A stretch of DNA of 64,000 bases, taken from Microcoleus sp. Its GTDB lineage: Bacteria > Cyanobacteriota > Cyanobacteriia > Cyanobacteriales > Microcoleaceae. This document shows positions 12,020 through 22,745 of this stretch, one piece after another; the stretch's first letter is position 1, and each line of letters begins with the position of its first letter. Made by a program: the position numbers and the translations under genes. The DNA lies in contig JAYFMW010000006.1 of assembly GCA_042408215.1 (NCBI GenBank), positions 608,001 through 672,000 of the forward strand. Direction: 5' to 3'. The notes under the pieces are model-generated. The model searched no databases. It was not told the origin of the DNA and saw nothing but the letters and a program-made list of their open reading frames with translations.

Positions 12020-12448
12020 ATGAACAAATCAATTGTCAAGCGATCGCTCTTTTTCCTAGCTGTTTTAACCTGCATCCAAATTCCTATTGTAGCACTTTCG
12101 CAGCCTGCAACTCGCTCTGGCTATGAAACAATTAACCCTAAACAGTTCGTTGCCGATCGCAAAATTACAGTCTCCAACCCCAAAGATATCGCATCCAAAC
12201 TCTTTAGCAGCGACCGAGAATCTGAAGGCAGAAAAAGCGATGGAATTTCGGTTGAATATCCAACGCGAGAAACAGCAGTAATTGTGCAGACTATCATCGG
12301 TTTAGCTGACGATTCTGTTGCTGGAATGCGACACCGGATTGAGCTTGTATTCAGGCAAAATAAGTGGGAAATTGTCTGGATAGGCCGACAATCCCGATGT
12401 CAACCAGGCCGCGGACATCAAAATTGGGCAAGCGGGCGCTGTCAGTAG
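12020..12448 (+). CDS. Secreted hypothetical protein
   Basis: Signal peptide MNKSIVKRSLFFLAVLTCIQ; ADDSV...RCQPGRGHQ.W C-terminus. Confidence 0.75.
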   Translation: MNKSIVKRSLFFLAVLTCIQIPIVALSQPATRSGYETINPKQFVADRKITVSNPKDIASKLFSSDRESEGRKSDGISVEYPTRETAVIVQTIIGLADDSVAGMRHRIELVFRQNKWEIVWIGRQSRCQPGRGHQNWASGRCQ

Positions 12449-12512
12449 CAAAGTCATATCGTGTTTTGTAGGGGCGGGTTTCACCAGCAAACTTTGAAAC
12501 AAAAGCGTTGTA

Positions 12513-14105
12513 GTGACATACTCCCACATCAAATCTGAGTACAGATTATGATGTGGGCTTCTTAACAGCCCGATGAAGGGTATGTAAGATTTCCTTGATG
12601 GTACTGTTATCCATAGTTCCTACTATAGAAAGATTCCCACTAGGGCGTTTTATACTGGGGAAAATGTCCAACCCCAGTCTTTTTAGGTTAATCGCAGCAT
12701 TAAGATCGCGATCTACCATCAAAGAATTTTGCTCGTCCCAATACTCTCGAATATTGCAGTCGGTGAAAACCATTTCATTCCGATAACACAGAAGCATTGA
12801 GGTGTAAGCAGGTTTTTGTGAAACGACGACTGCCCCAGTTTTTTCTACTATGTAGCTCAGCGTCGTAAAAAATTGCCCAAAAGCTGCATCCAGCCAGGAT
12901 TTATTCAATCCAGATTTAGCGGATTGCCCATTGGGTAAATATTTCCCATCCTCATCTTGTTTAACCTTGTTTCTTTTAGTTAAACCTTTGAGGTTTAAGT
13001 CTTCATGGAAGAAGAACTTAGCTCCCGTTCTGACTAATTTGTGAGCTGTTTTATAATGAAAGTCTTGGCGACAACGCGCAATCTTTTGATGCTGTCTCGC
13101 CTCTTTTTTTGCCAACTTTCGTCGGGCTTTAGACCTTCTTTTTCGTTGATTCCGCTTCAGGGAAATGCGGTCTAATTTAGCTTGATTCTTTCGGAGTGGC
13201 TTGAGGGAAGGTAATTTCTCACCCTCAGATGTCGCTAGATAAACATTTTCGTGTAACACTGCATCTAAACCGATTGAATTCTCCCAAGTGGGAGCAATTT
13301 TATCCGGTGTCAATTCAGGCACAGAAGTGTCTTCAAGTATTAATTGGAGGAACCAACCGTCGGCTTTCCTAGTGACACTCACTTGTTTAATGTTTAAACC
13401 ATCGGGGATGGCACGGTGCATCCGCACCTGGATAAACCCTAGTTTTGGCAATCGAATGTAAATCCAATTCTTGCGAATTAATTTAATCCAATCGTCCCTA
13501 GCCGTTGCCAAAGTCATTGTTCGGTAGTCGGCTTCAGTTTTGAATCGGGGTCTACCCGATCGCGCACCTTTGCTGTCACCGACAATAAACCTCTCAAAAG
13601 CTCGATCGACTCGTTTGGAAACGTCTTGCATAATCGTTGAATCGACTTGCTTAAAGTCTAATAACTCACCACTATGAAAGACTTTAACCAAATCTTTTTT
13701 TAGAATGGGTAACTGTTGTTTTTGGCAGTAGTAGTTAGGCTTTTCTCTGGGAGCCGCAATACTGGTTTTCAAGGGACAAGCATTGATAGCAGTACGGTTC
13801 ATTTCCCACCAATCAAAACGATCTCCCAATTGGCGATTGTACCAATAACGGCAAATTCTGAGCCATTGGTTGAGAGCTAGCTTTTGATTAGTGTCGGGAT
13901 AGAACTTGTACTGATATGTCGCCTTCATTGAATTGCCGTTTTTTGTTAGTATTATTTTACCAGGATTTGTTGGTCTCGTCATCCATCCGCCCACTCCTCA
14001 AAGCTATGCTTTGAGATTGTGAACAGATGGAATCCTCACCTCACACGCCTTTCATCCCACACTAACCGAGGCGGTATAGTGTGGGGATTCCCGTCTGTCT
14101 AGCTA
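12513..14105 (-). mobile_element. tnpA-less IS200/IS605 element
   Basis: Right-end hairpin CCCACATCATAATCTGTACTCAGATTTGATGTGGG...GTCAC at 12513-12560. Related left-end hairpin CCCACACTA...TAGTGTGGG at about 14057-14086. Confidence 0.8.
12546..13928 (-). CDS. tnpB: RNA-guided endonuclease TnpB (long cyanobacterial IS605 type)
   Basis: MKATYQYKFYPD start; RuvC motifs IGLDA, FHEDLNL and DRDLNAAINL; NGQSAKSGLNKSWLDAAFGQF. Confidence 0.92.
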   Translation of the reverse strand: MKATYQYKFYPDTNQKLALNQWLRICRYWYNRQLGDRFDWWEMNRTAINACPLKTSIAAPREKPNYYCQKQQLPILKKDLVKVFHSGELLDFKQVDSTIMQDVSKRVDRAFERFIVGDSKGARSGRPRFKTEADYRTMTLATARDDWIKLIRKNWIYIRLPKLGFIQVRMHRAIPDGLNIKQVSVTRKADGWFLQLILEDTSVPELTPDKIAPTWENSIGLDAVLHENVYLATSEGEKLPSLKPLRKNQAKLDRISLKRNQRKRRSKARRKLAKKEARQHQKIARCRQDFHYKTAHKLVRTGAKFFFHEDLNLKGLTKRNKVKQDEDGKYLPNGQSAKSGLNKSWLDAAFGQFFTTLSYIVEKTGAVVVSQKPAYTSMLLCYRNEMVFTDCNIREYWDEQNSLMVDRDLNAAINLKRLGLDIFPSIKRPSGNLSIVGTMDNSTIKEILHTLHRAVKKPTS

Positions 14106-14167
14106 AAACAATAGAATAGCTATATCCCCGACTTCTATGTTATATCCGCTAAGTCGGGGATATAACA

Positions 14168-14275
14168 TATAGCGGTTCTCAAAAAAGTGAGGTATGCCCA
14201 CGGAACCCTATGCCCTATGCCCCATGCCCCATGCCCTATGCCCAGTCGTACCTCATCTTTCTGAGAAAGGCTATA
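14168..14275. mobile_element. Second, inverted copy of the heptamer-filled MITE-like element
   Basis: TATAGCGGTTCTCA...GAGGTA-(CCTATGC)n-TACCTCA...TGAGAAAGGCTATA. Confidence 0.7.
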
Positions 14276-14286
14276 GAACTCCTATC

Positions 14287-15192
14287 TTATTTGCACATAA
14301 TCAAATTCCCAGCAGATATAAACCCCGGTACTGGTTCTGAAATCTCAACCCAATTGCGGGCTTCTCCATTCTTATCTTTCACTAACTGGAAATTTGGCAC
14401 AAGCGTTACTTTACCGTTAGCTGGTACGCCGCCTTTAACCGCAGCAGTCTTTGAAGGCTCCGCGCGGATAGCTAGACCCTTGGGCGCCACGCGAGGTTCT
14501 ACTTGGCGGCACAGGCTTACAGGGCCTGGTGCGGGTGCGGGTGCGGGTGCGGGTGCGGGTGCGGGTGCGGGTGCGGGTGCGGGTGCGGGTGCGGGCGCTG
14601 GTGCGGGTGCGGGTGTTGGTGCGGGTGCGGGTGCGGGTGTTGGTGCGGGTGCGGGTGCGGGTGCGGGACTCGGTGCAGGAGTTGGTGCGGGTGCGGGTGC
14701 GGGTGTTGGTGCGGGTGCGGGTGCGGGTGCGGGACTCGGTGCAGGAGTTGGACTTGTGCTTGCTGTGGTGCACGAACCTAAATTAGTCTCGCTGTTGGGA
14801 TATCCGCTAGCCACATATCCTTTGACGGGAGTGGCGATTTGAATCCAGAGACGGCCGTCGGGGCCCTTGACGGAAGTGGCACCTTGAGATAGCGTGACTT
14901 GACTCTTAGACAGGACACCGCCAACACGAGGGGATTTGGGATCTGGGCTCTGGCGGACTGTCAAACCCTCCTTGGGAGTGACTTGGCGGCAAAGGTTGTC
15001 GGCTTGGGCTATTTGAAAGGTGGCGCTATCTCCCAATGAAATTTTTTCAGCATCCTGATTGAGATTGGATGTGGATTCGGCGGTAACAGCAATTGCATTA
15101 GTCTGCAAACTCCCGGCTACGATCGCGATCGCGCCCAGTAAAGCAGCGGGTTTGTTCCAGCAATTCAAGTTTTTCATACGTTCACTCCTCAT
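14287..15192 (-). CDS. Secreted protein with two SH3b-like repeats joined by a Pro-Ala linker
   Basis: Signal peptide; duplicated LCRQV..PKxGLxxR...GGV....VTL...W.xI..PV.G domain; (PA)n linker. Confidence 0.8.
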   Translation of the reverse strand: MRSERMKNLNCWNKPAALLGAIAIVAGSLQTNAIAVTAESTSNLNQDAEKISLGDSATFQIAQADNLCRQVTPKEGLTVRQSPDPKSPRVGGVLSKSQVTLSQGATSVKGPDGRLWIQIATPVKGYVASGYPNSETNLGSCTTASTSPTPAPSPAPAPAPAPTPAPAPAPTPAPSPAPAPAPAPTPAPAPAPTPAPAPAPAPAPAPAPAPAPAPAPAPAPAPGPVSLCRQVEPRVAPKGLAIRAEPSKTAAVKGGVPANGKVTLVPNFQLVKDKNGEARNWVEISEPVPGFISAGNLIMCK

Positions 15193-15475
15193 GTAACCAA
15201 AACAATTATCTTAATTGCAGGTCAATATAGCAAAAAAATTGATTGGTCTTCCAGAATCATCCTGCGATCGGGCGATTTTAGATTTGAGATTTGAGATTTT
15301 AGATGATGGAATTGCTCCCAGGTATGAATCTGGGGGCTTTGTACCTTGGATGCTTGCGGTCAAGATTTAAAGCCGCCCCAGCCATACCCTCCGGGCCCAA
15401 GGAGGAGCAACGGCCTTAGATCCCCGACTTCTTCAAGAAGTCGGGGATCTGAGAGTTCTGTTTTTTCACGCCGCT

Positions 15476-16480
15476 TTAAAATTGCCGCAAAAAGCGCAAA
15501 TCGCTAGCATAAACCCGACGAATATCATCAATTTCATGTAGTACCATTGCGAAGCGCTCAACCCCAAAACCCGCCGCAAAACCAGTATATTTTTCGGGGT
15601 CTAAACCAACTCCTTTCAGAACGTTAGGATCGACCGTACCGCATCCCAAAACTTCTAGCCATTTACCATTCCACTGCAAATCAACTTCCGCAGAAGGTTC
15701 TGTAAACGGAAAGTAACTCGTGCGAAAACGAATCGGCAAATCTTGCCCGAACATTTGCCGCAAAAACTCTTTAATTGTGCCTTTCAAGTCAGTAAAAGTC
15801 AGCCCTTCATCTATGGCCAAAAGTTCAATTTGGTGGAAGACTGCGGCGTGGGTAGCATCGACGGTATCGCGGCGGTAAACGCGGCCGGGAGAGACAATCC
15901 GAATCGGCGGTTTGTGCTGTTCCATGTAGCGAATTTGCACTGAGGATGTTTGAGTTCGCAGCAGGTTTCCGCCTGGGAGGTAAAAGGTATCTTGCATATC
16001 CCGCGCTGGGTGGTCTGGCGGGGTGTTCAATGCCTCAAAATTGTAATAGTCTGTTTCCATTTCCGGGCCGTTGGCGACGGTGTAGCCGAGGCCGACAAAG
16101 ATATCCAAAGCGCGGTCTATGACGCTGTTTAAGGGGTGTATGCGGCCTTGGGGGCGAAAAATGCCCGGCATGGTGACATCGAGGGTTTCTGAGGCTAATT
16201 TGGCTTGGATTTGGGCGGTTTGGAGGGCGGTACGTTTGTCTTCTAAGTCGGTTTGTAGGGCTTCTTTGACGGTGTTGGCGATCGCACCTAGTTTCGGCCG
16301 CTGATCTGGCGGCAGTTTGCCCATCATGCCTAAAATTTGAGATAGTTGACCTTTTTTGCCGAGGTAATTGACGCGCAACTGTTCGAGTTGTTCGAGGGTA
16401 TTGGTGGTGGCGATCGCACTTTTGGCTTCTTGGCCCAGGGTTTCTAGTTGGGTTTCAATGTCGCTTAGCTGGACAGTCAT
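15476..16480 (-). CDS. pheS: Phenylalanine--tRNA ligase alpha subunit
   Basis: [18 protein letters not shown] and [13 protein letters not shown]. Confidence 0.98.
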   Translation of the reverse strand: MTVQLSDIETQLETLGQEAKSAIATTNTLEQLEQLRVNYLGKKGQLSQILGMMGKLPPDQRPKLGAIANTVKEALQTDLEDKRTALQTAQIQAKLASETLDVTMPGIFRPQGRIHPLNSVIDRALDIFVGLGYTVANGPEMETDYYNFEALNTPPDHPARDMQDTFYLPGGNLLRTQTSSVQIRYMEQHKPPIRIVSPGRVYRRDTVDATHAAVFHQIELLAIDEGLTFTDLKGTIKEFLRQMFGQDLPIRFRTSYFPFTEPSAEVDLQWNGKWLEVLGCGTVDPNVLKGVGLDPEKYTGFAAGFGVERFAMVLHEIDDIRRVYASDLRFLRQF

Positions 16481-16704
16481 TTTGATTTTAGATTTTAGAT
16501 TTTAGATTTTAGATTGATGGCTGTTTGAGCCAAGCTGAGTTTAGCGCAATTTGGGAGCGATCGGCTTGTTGATTTGAGATTTGAGATTTGAGATTTGAGA
16601 TTGAAGGCTGTGTAATAGGTAATTCGTAATAGGTAATTGGAGGTGAGAGCGATCGCCAGACTTGAATTTAGTTTACTATTGCGATCAGGCCTACAAAACT
16701 TTTC

Positions 16705-17511
16705 ATGAAACTTCTAATTAGCAACGACGACGGCATCTTTGCACAAGGCATCCGCAGCCTCGCCAACGCTCTCGCCGCCGCCGGCCACGAAGTGAGCGTA
16801 GTTTGTCCCGACAGAGAACGCTCGGCCACGGGCCACGGGCTGACACTCCACCAACCCATCCGCGCCGAAATTGTCGAATCTATTTTTGACCCAGCAGTCA
16901 CAGCTTGGGCTTGTTCCGGTACTCCCGCTGACTGCGTGAAACTAGCTCTGTGGGCTTTACTTGACAAACCGCCAGATTTTGTGCTTTCTGGCATTAATCA
17001 CGGCCCCAATTTAGGAACGGATATCCTCTGTTCAGGGACTGTTTCGGCGGCAATGGAAGGTATGATGGAAGGCATTCCCAGCATTGCTTTCAGCCTTGCG
17101 AGCTATACTTCGCAGGAATTTGGGCCGGCGGTGGATTTCGCTGTCTCTTTGCTCTCACAGTTGGAAAAAGTGCCAATGGCAAAACCGATGCTGTTGAATG
17201 TGAATATACCGGCGGTTAAACAAGCAGAAATTACCGGAGTGGCGATCGCCCGTCAAGGTATTCGCCGCTATTTCGATATATTTCAAAAGCGCACCGATCC
17301 GCGCGGCAAAACTTATTATTGGCTGGCTGGGGAATTGTTAGAAGATGTGGAAGAAACCCCAGAGCCCGCCGTACCCCATGATCTTCCTACGGACGTACAA
17401 GCTATTCGCGACAACAGGATTACCGTTACTCCTCTTCAATACAATCTCACCTGTGGTGCCGACTTGCACCGCTTACAGGATTGGCAATTTAAAGGTTTTG
17501 CAATGGATTAA
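16705..17511 (+). CDS. surE: 5'/3'-nucleotidase SurE
   Basis: [22 protein letters not shown] and [10 protein letters not shown]. Confidence 0.97.
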   Translation: MKLLISNDDGIFAQGIRSLANALAAAGHEVSVVCPDRERSATGHGLTLHQPIRAEIVESIFDPAVTAWACSGTPADCVKLALWALLDKPPDFVLSGINHGPNLGTDILCSGTVSAAMEGMMEGIPSIAFSLASYTSQEFGPAVDFAVSLLSQLEKVPMAKPMLLNVNIPAVKQAEITGVAIARQGIRRYFDIFQKRTDPRGKTYYWLAGELLEDVEETPEPAVPHDLPTDVQAIRDNRITVTPLQYNLTCGADLHRLQDWQFKGFAMD

Positions 17512-17765
17512 TATCCGATCCGGCGGATCAGAGGAGTAAAATAGGAATTAAGGCAATGTGCCGCTCAATCGGATATCCCCCCCTAGCCCCCCTTAGTAAG
17601 GGGAGTAGGGGAGTAGGGGGTGTGGGACAAGAGCATCCTTTCGTCCCCCGACTATCAGGGGGATTTGGGGGTATCGGAATCTGAGAAAGAAAGTTTCAAA
17701 ACACGCTCTAGGCGTTAGCGCAGGCTCTCAATTGGTTGTTGGTTTTTTACCCAAGAAAAACAGTT

Positions 17766-18164
17766 ATGAACGCTCCCACCTATCACACTCATTCTGTCAC
17801 TTGCCCGATTTGCCACCGTTCCAGCATCGTCGGCCCAGTGGGGATGGTTAGCGGACTATTCACTTGTCCCCACTGTCATTCCCATATGGTAATTAGCTGG
17901 AGTGGCCATTTTGTGCGCGATCCTTTTACTCTAAAACAATTAACGGTGGGGAAGATGCTCAGGCGCGAGAGCAGGCCTCTAGCTCGCATTCAGCGCGACT
18001 TGGGGATTGGGAAGCATTTCCCGTTGGTGGCTCTTTTGGGGAGTGCTGTATTTTTGGGATTTGCGATCGTCGCGACAGAGCAATCGTTACCGCGACAGCA
18101 GTCGTTTCAAGGATTTTTAGAATGGGTGAGTGGGAGTGGGAATTCTCAGGATGTCTCTCGTTAA
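17766..18164 (+). CDS. Hypothetical Zn-ribbon membrane protein
   Basis: CPIC...CPHC plus one hydrophobic helix. Confidence 0.75.
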   Translation: MNAPTYHTHSVTCPICHRSSIVGPVGMVSGLFTCPHCHSHMVISWSGHFVRDPFTLKQLTVGKMLRRESRPLARIQRDLGIGKHFPLVALLGSAVFLGFAIVATEQSLPRQQSFQGFLEWVSGSGNSQDVSR

Positions 18165-18293
18165 CATTTCGCTACATTAATTTTGACACTGACTGGGTTT
18201 AAATTTCTCTTCCTTTAGGTATAGTTGACAATTTTGGATTTGGGATTTTAAGCTTTTTAGGGCGGGCTTTCCGGCCAACCCCACAAGAAACTT

Positions 18294-18458
18294 AATGTAT
18301 TGTGGAACAGGCCGGAAAGCCTGTTGCCGAGATGGTCCCAATTAAAAGTATCAGACTGAATGTATTGTGGAACTGGCCGGAAAGCCTGTTGCCAAGATTG
18401 TCCCCATTAAAAGTATCAGACTGAATGTATTGTGGAACAGGCCGGAAAGCCCGTTGCT
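18294..18458. repeat. About 65-bp tandem repeat containing the hairpin AACAGGCCGGAAAGCCTGTT (3 copies)
   Basis: Direct inspection. Confidence 0.85.
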
Positions 18459-18487
18459 AACAGTGGTGCAAGATATTTTGATCTTAA

Positions 18488-19711
18488 TTACTTCTGAAAA
18501 TCACCAATTCTTCTAACAGCTTCTGCCAAAATTTCCGGCGATTCAACTAAGGCAAATCGAACATAGCCTTCTCCTGATTTCCCGAAGCCGGCACCGGGGG
18601 AAGCTGCAACTCCTGTACTTTCTACTAACTGAGTGCAAAATTTCACAGAATCTAAAGCCCAAGGTTCCGGGAGTTTCGCCCAAACGTACATTGTAGCGGG
18701 GGGGATTGGCACTTCCCAGCCAATGTTTTGCAGGGCATGGACGAAGGTATCTCGCCGTTTTCGGAAGGTTTCTACACTGGTTTTAACGGTGTCTTGAGGG
18801 CCTGTTAAAGCTGCGATCGCTCCCTTCAAAATACCAAGGTATTGGTTGAAATCCACGGCGGCTTTTACTTGTCGCAGTGCTTCAATGATTTCGGAATTGC
18901 CGATCGCATATCCGACTCGAAAACCTCCCATATTGTACGATTTGGAGAGTGTAAAAAACTCGATCGACAGGCTTTTCTCGCGATCGGCCTGAAAAATTGA
19001 CGGCGCCATCAATTTTCGATATTCCTCCTCGTTCCCGGAGGGCGGGCCTGGGGGCACCGCCCCTAGGTCATCGTCAAACACCAAATCCACGTAAGGGAAA
19101 TCGTGCACTAAAACCAGCCCATGTTCCCGACAAAAGGCCACGGCTTTCTCAAAAAAAGCCACAGGTGCGATCGCAGTTGTTGGATTATGAGGATAGCTCA
19201 AAACCATCATCTTCGCATGAGCCAAAACAGGTTTCGGAATATCATCAAATACTGGTAAAAACTGATTTTCTGCTAACAGCGGCATCGGATAAATTTGCCC
19301 CCCAGCCAAATAAACACCGCCCGCGTGGGAAGGATAACCCGGATCGAGCAATAAAGCAAAATCTCCGGGGTTGAGTACAGCTAAAGGCAAATGCGCCGTG
19401 CCTTCTTGGGAACCAATTAAAGGCAGCACTTCTGTTTCTGGATTGACTGAAATACCAAATTTTTGTTCGTACCAAATAGCTGCTGCTTCCCGAAAAGATT
19501 TTGTCCCGTTAAACAGCAAATAGCCGTGAGTTTTGGAGTCGGACAAAGAATTCGCGATCGCATCTGTAATATGAGCCGCCGCCGGCAAATCTGAAGAACC
19601 CAGAGACAAGTCAATGACGTTTTTTCCGGCTGCTTTAGCTAGAGTTTTAGCCCGATCCATATCGGCAAATACATTGAATTCCAGGGGTTTTAATCGTTTG
19701 GCAAATTGCAT
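18488..19711 (-). CDS. Class I/II PLP aminotransferase (LL-diaminopimelate aminotransferase-like)
   Basis: YPHNPT, HDFPY and SKSYNMGGFRVG. Confidence 0.9.
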   Translation of the reverse strand: MQFAKRLKPLEFNVFADMDRAKTLAKAAGKNVIDLSLGSSDLPAAAHITDAIANSLSDSKTHGYLLFNGTKSFREAAAIWYEQKFGISVNPETEVLPLIGSQEGTAHLPLAVLNPGDFALLLDPGYPSHAGGVYLAGGQIYPMPLLAENQFLPVFDDIPKPVLAHAKMMVLSYPHNPTTAIAPVAFFEKAVAFCREHGLVLVHDFPYVDLVFDDDLGAVPPGPPSGNEEEYRKLMAPSIFQADREKSLSIEFFTLSKSYNMGGFRVGYAIGNSEIIEALRQVKAAVDFNQYLGILKGAIAALTGPQDTVKTSVETFRKRRDTFVHALQNIGWEVPIPPATMYVWAKLPEPWALDSVKFCTQLVESTGVAASPGAGFGKSGEGYVRFALVESPEILAEAVRRIGDFQK

Positions 19712-19929
19712 ATTTTTTGTAAGTTTTTGGGAGTGTTAATCTTTTTTTGGGAGGCTTGACTGAGGATTGTTTATTTTTGGGATTTTTGAAAGATTTTTTA
19801 ACCACAGAGGGCGCAGAGGGCGCAGAGAAAGAGAGGAATATTGAGGAGAGAATAGAGATGTTTAAAGAATATTTGCGATTGCTATAGTTGTGATTTGGGA
19901 GTTGGAAACTCCCGAATCATTTCAAAATT

Positions 19930-20253
19930 TTATAAGTGAGCGTCTAACAAACCGATCAAGGTTTGTTTGGTAATTGCTCCCTCGTGGGAAAGCACTACTT
20001 CGGCATTTTTAAACAGTCTAAGAGCTGGCACTCCTTCTACTTTATACTGTTTGACAGTAGTGGGATTGGGGTCAATTTCCATTTTAACTACTTTGAGGCC
20101 ACTATAGTTGGCCGCTACCCAGTCTACTGAAGGTGCGATCAGCTTACAAGGCCCGCACCAACCAGCCCAAAAATAAGCCAGCACTGGTTGCTCTGCTTTC
20201 AAGACTTCTGTTTCAAATTTTTCGTCGTTAATGACAATTACACTGTTGCTCAT
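19930..20253 (-). CDS. Thioredoxin
   Basis: WCGPC active site. Confidence 0.95.
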   Translation of the reverse strand: MSNSVIVINDEKFETEVLKAEQPVLAYFWAGWCGPCKLIAPSVDWVAANYSGLKVVKMEIDPNPTTVKQYKVEGVPALRLFKNAEVVLSHEGAITKQTLIGLLDAHL

Positions 20254-20396
20254 GGTTTGAGAATTATTTTTCCTATTTATTTTTACAGCAGCCGCTCTGT
20301 AAAATTTACACGAACTTACAAGACGGATTCAGAAGACTGTTATTAATTCTAAAACATTCTGTCAACTATTGAGTGCAAACTGAGGAATAAAGACTG

Positions 20397-21162
20397 ATGG
20401 CTAATTCTGTTTGGCGTGTAATTCCACTGCTGTCAGCGTCTGGGGCGGTGCAGATGGCGATCGACCAATGGCTGCTGGAACAGCATCTGGCTGGCCAAAT
20501 TCCGCCAACTCTGCGATTTTATACTTGGGCACCGGCGGCGATTTCTTTGGGCTATCACCAGCGCAGATACCCGGATTTTTGGCAGCATCTCTCTTTTGGG
20601 GGAATTCCTGTGGAGTTGGTGCGGCGTCCCAGCGGCGGGCGCGCGGTGCTCCACCAGGGGGATTTAACTTATGCGGTGGTGGTGTCGGGATTTGCGGGGA
20701 GTCGTCTCAAAGCTTATCAGAATATCTGCGAGTTTTTGATTGAGGGTTGGCGGGAAATGGGTTTGGATTTGCACTACGGGGATGCGGGAAGGGGTTATAT
20801 TCACAATCCGAATTGTTTTGGTACGGCGACGGGTGCAGATTTAGTTACACTTGATGGCTGTAAGTTCATTGGGAGCGCGCAATTACGCAGGGGTGATGCT
20901 ATTTTGCAGCACGGTTCTATGCGTTTACAGCCTGATTTTGATTTGTTTTCTCAAGTTTTTGGTGAGCAGTTAATTCCTGTGAGTTTACCTCTATCTGAAG
21001 GGGGAAATGATTTGATTGAAACTGTAATTGATGTTTTGAGTGGCGGCGGCTTGTCGCTGTTTTGAAATTGATTTGAAAGTGCAGCCGCTGTCGGAAGAGG
21101 AATGGCTGGAAATTCTGGAATTAACCAGTAATCCGACAGGGGTTTCAACTCCTGTCTCATAG
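20397..21162 (+). CDS. Lipoate-protein ligase A family; apparent frameshift near 21039
   Basis: RRPSGGRAVLH, KFIGSAQ and QHGS motifs. The C-terminus AAACRCFEIDLKVQPLSEEEWLEIL lies in another frame, ending at 21162. Confidence 0.85.
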
Positions 21163-21315
21163 CTAAATTCCTCTTAAGAGGACTAAAGATTTTACCGCTT
21201 AAAAGTTATACAACCAGGACTCAGAAAAAAAAATAATTGCTGCTATTGGTAGGGCGATCATGGCGCACCCTACCAATAGAGTTTATGCGTAAGTCCCTGA
21301 CAACATTAGTCAAGT

Positions 21316-21419
21316 TATAGCAATCCTTGCAGGAGTCGTAAAGTTTTTTACCCCACCCCAACCCTCCCCTTATTAAGGGGAGGGAGTAAGAAATTCACAA
21401 ATGATTTAGGATTGCTATA
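21316..21419. mobile_element. MITE-like element, TATAGCAATCCT...AGGATTGCTATA
   Basis: Perfect 12-bp TIR with an internal CCCTCCCCTTATTAAGGGGAGGG hairpin. Confidence 0.7.
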
Positions 21420-21470
21420 GTATTTGAGTCGTCTTACCCATTACCCATTACCCATTACCCATGCCCAATT

Positions 21471-22664
21471 CTAATCTTGTGCGGTTTTGGCGATCGCACT
21501 TAATTGCAATCCCTGGGGATAGCTGTTTTCTTCTTTGCTGCGCTTGATGTCGGCTTCGGAAATTGTGGGTTTGAGGTGTTTTGCCAAAACTTTAACCACG
21601 TCGCCCCGATCGATCGTACCCACTACTGAACCTATGGGCGAGAGGACGATTATTCTGGGCAATTGACCCGATTCCATAGTGTTGATTACTTCAGCCAGGG
21701 ATGCTTTTTCTGAGACTGTGCTGGTTTTTTCCAGCGGTTTCACAATGTTTTGCAGAGTCTGAATTTGCCACTGACTGCGTTCTGTGAAGCGGATATCGTC
21801 GATCGACACTAAGCCCAAATCTCGCCCGTTGGCCGCGGCCACGTAAAATGGAAAGGGATTGACTTCTAACAAATATCGATCGGCAAATTCTCGCAAGGTA
21901 GAATCTGCATTTACCACTCGAAATTCGCGGCTCATGGCATCAGACGCTGTGGTTTTGAGCAAGGCTTCTTGTAGGGAAGTCAATCGACTATAAGCAGTGG
22001 CATTGCGAATGGCAAACCAGCCGATTAGTGCAATCCACAAACCGCCGTACTCGCCCGCCAATAAGCATAAAGCTAATCCAAAAGCAATGGCTAACCAACC
22101 TAAAACTTGTCCGGTTTTTGCCGCCCAGCGAACACCGGCAAATCGAGATCCAGTTATTTTCCAAATAGCTGCTTTTAAAACCTGTCCTCCGTCCAAAGGT
22201 AGACCGGGAATTAAGTTAAATAATCCCAAAACTAGATTGATTTCTGCTACCCTTTCTGCTACAATTCCTAGCAAATTGGTCCGAGGCAGAACTTGAGAGC
22301 CTAAACCGAGGATTAAAAATATCCCGAAGCTGACGAGAGGGCCGGCGATGGCTACTTGAAAAGCTTGACCGGGAGTTTTTGATTCCGATTCGATCGATGC
22401 AACTCCACCAAATAAGAATAGGGTAATAGAATTGACTTTAATGCCTTGCGACATTGCCACTAAGCTGTGTCCCAATTCGTGCAGCAGTACGGAACCAAAC
22501 AGCAGCAAAGCTATTGCCAATCCCGCACTCCACGAGAGCGCAGGCCCCCACTCGCCGTAACTGCTAGCATATGCGCGGGTTGCTAGGGCTAAAATTACAA
22601 ACCACGAGTAATCTATCAGTAGTGGGATGCCAAATAAAGAGCCGATTCGCCAACCTGTCTGCAT
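21471..22664 (-). CDS. Site-2 (M50) metalloprotease with CBS domains
   Basis: HELGH and NLIPGLPLDGG; CBS-like C-terminus. Confidence 0.93.
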   Translation of the reverse strand: MQTGWRIGSLFGIPLLIDYSWFVILALATRAYASSYGEWGPALSWSAGLAIALLLFGSVLLHELGHSLVAMSQGIKVNSITLFLFGGVASIESESKTPGQAFQVAIAGPLVSFGIFLILGLGSQVLPRTNLLGIVAERVAEINLVLGLFNLIPGLPLDGGQVLKAAIWKITGSRFAGVRWAAKTGQVLGWLAIAFGLALCLLAGEYGGLWIALIGWFAIRNATAYSRLTSLQEALLKTTASDAMSREFRVVNADSTLREFADRYLLEVNPFPFYVAAANGRDLGLVSIDDIRFTERSQWQIQTLQNIVKPLEKTSTVSEKASLAEVINTMESGQLPRIIVLSPIGSVVGTIDRGDVVKVLAKHLKPTISEADIKRSKEENSYPQGLQLSAIAKTAQD

Positions 22665-22745
22665 GAAGTTTTCCTGGAAAAGGAGAATAAGGAAGAGTTT
22701 CTATTATATCTTCCCTTCCCCTTCTCCTTCCGCTTCTCCTTATTT

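Noticed and set aside
14210..14842. GA-, RV-, CG- and RT-repeat ORFs (also at 39760-40099 and 43431-43919)
   Set aside because: Shadow frames of Pro-rich linkers in real genes.
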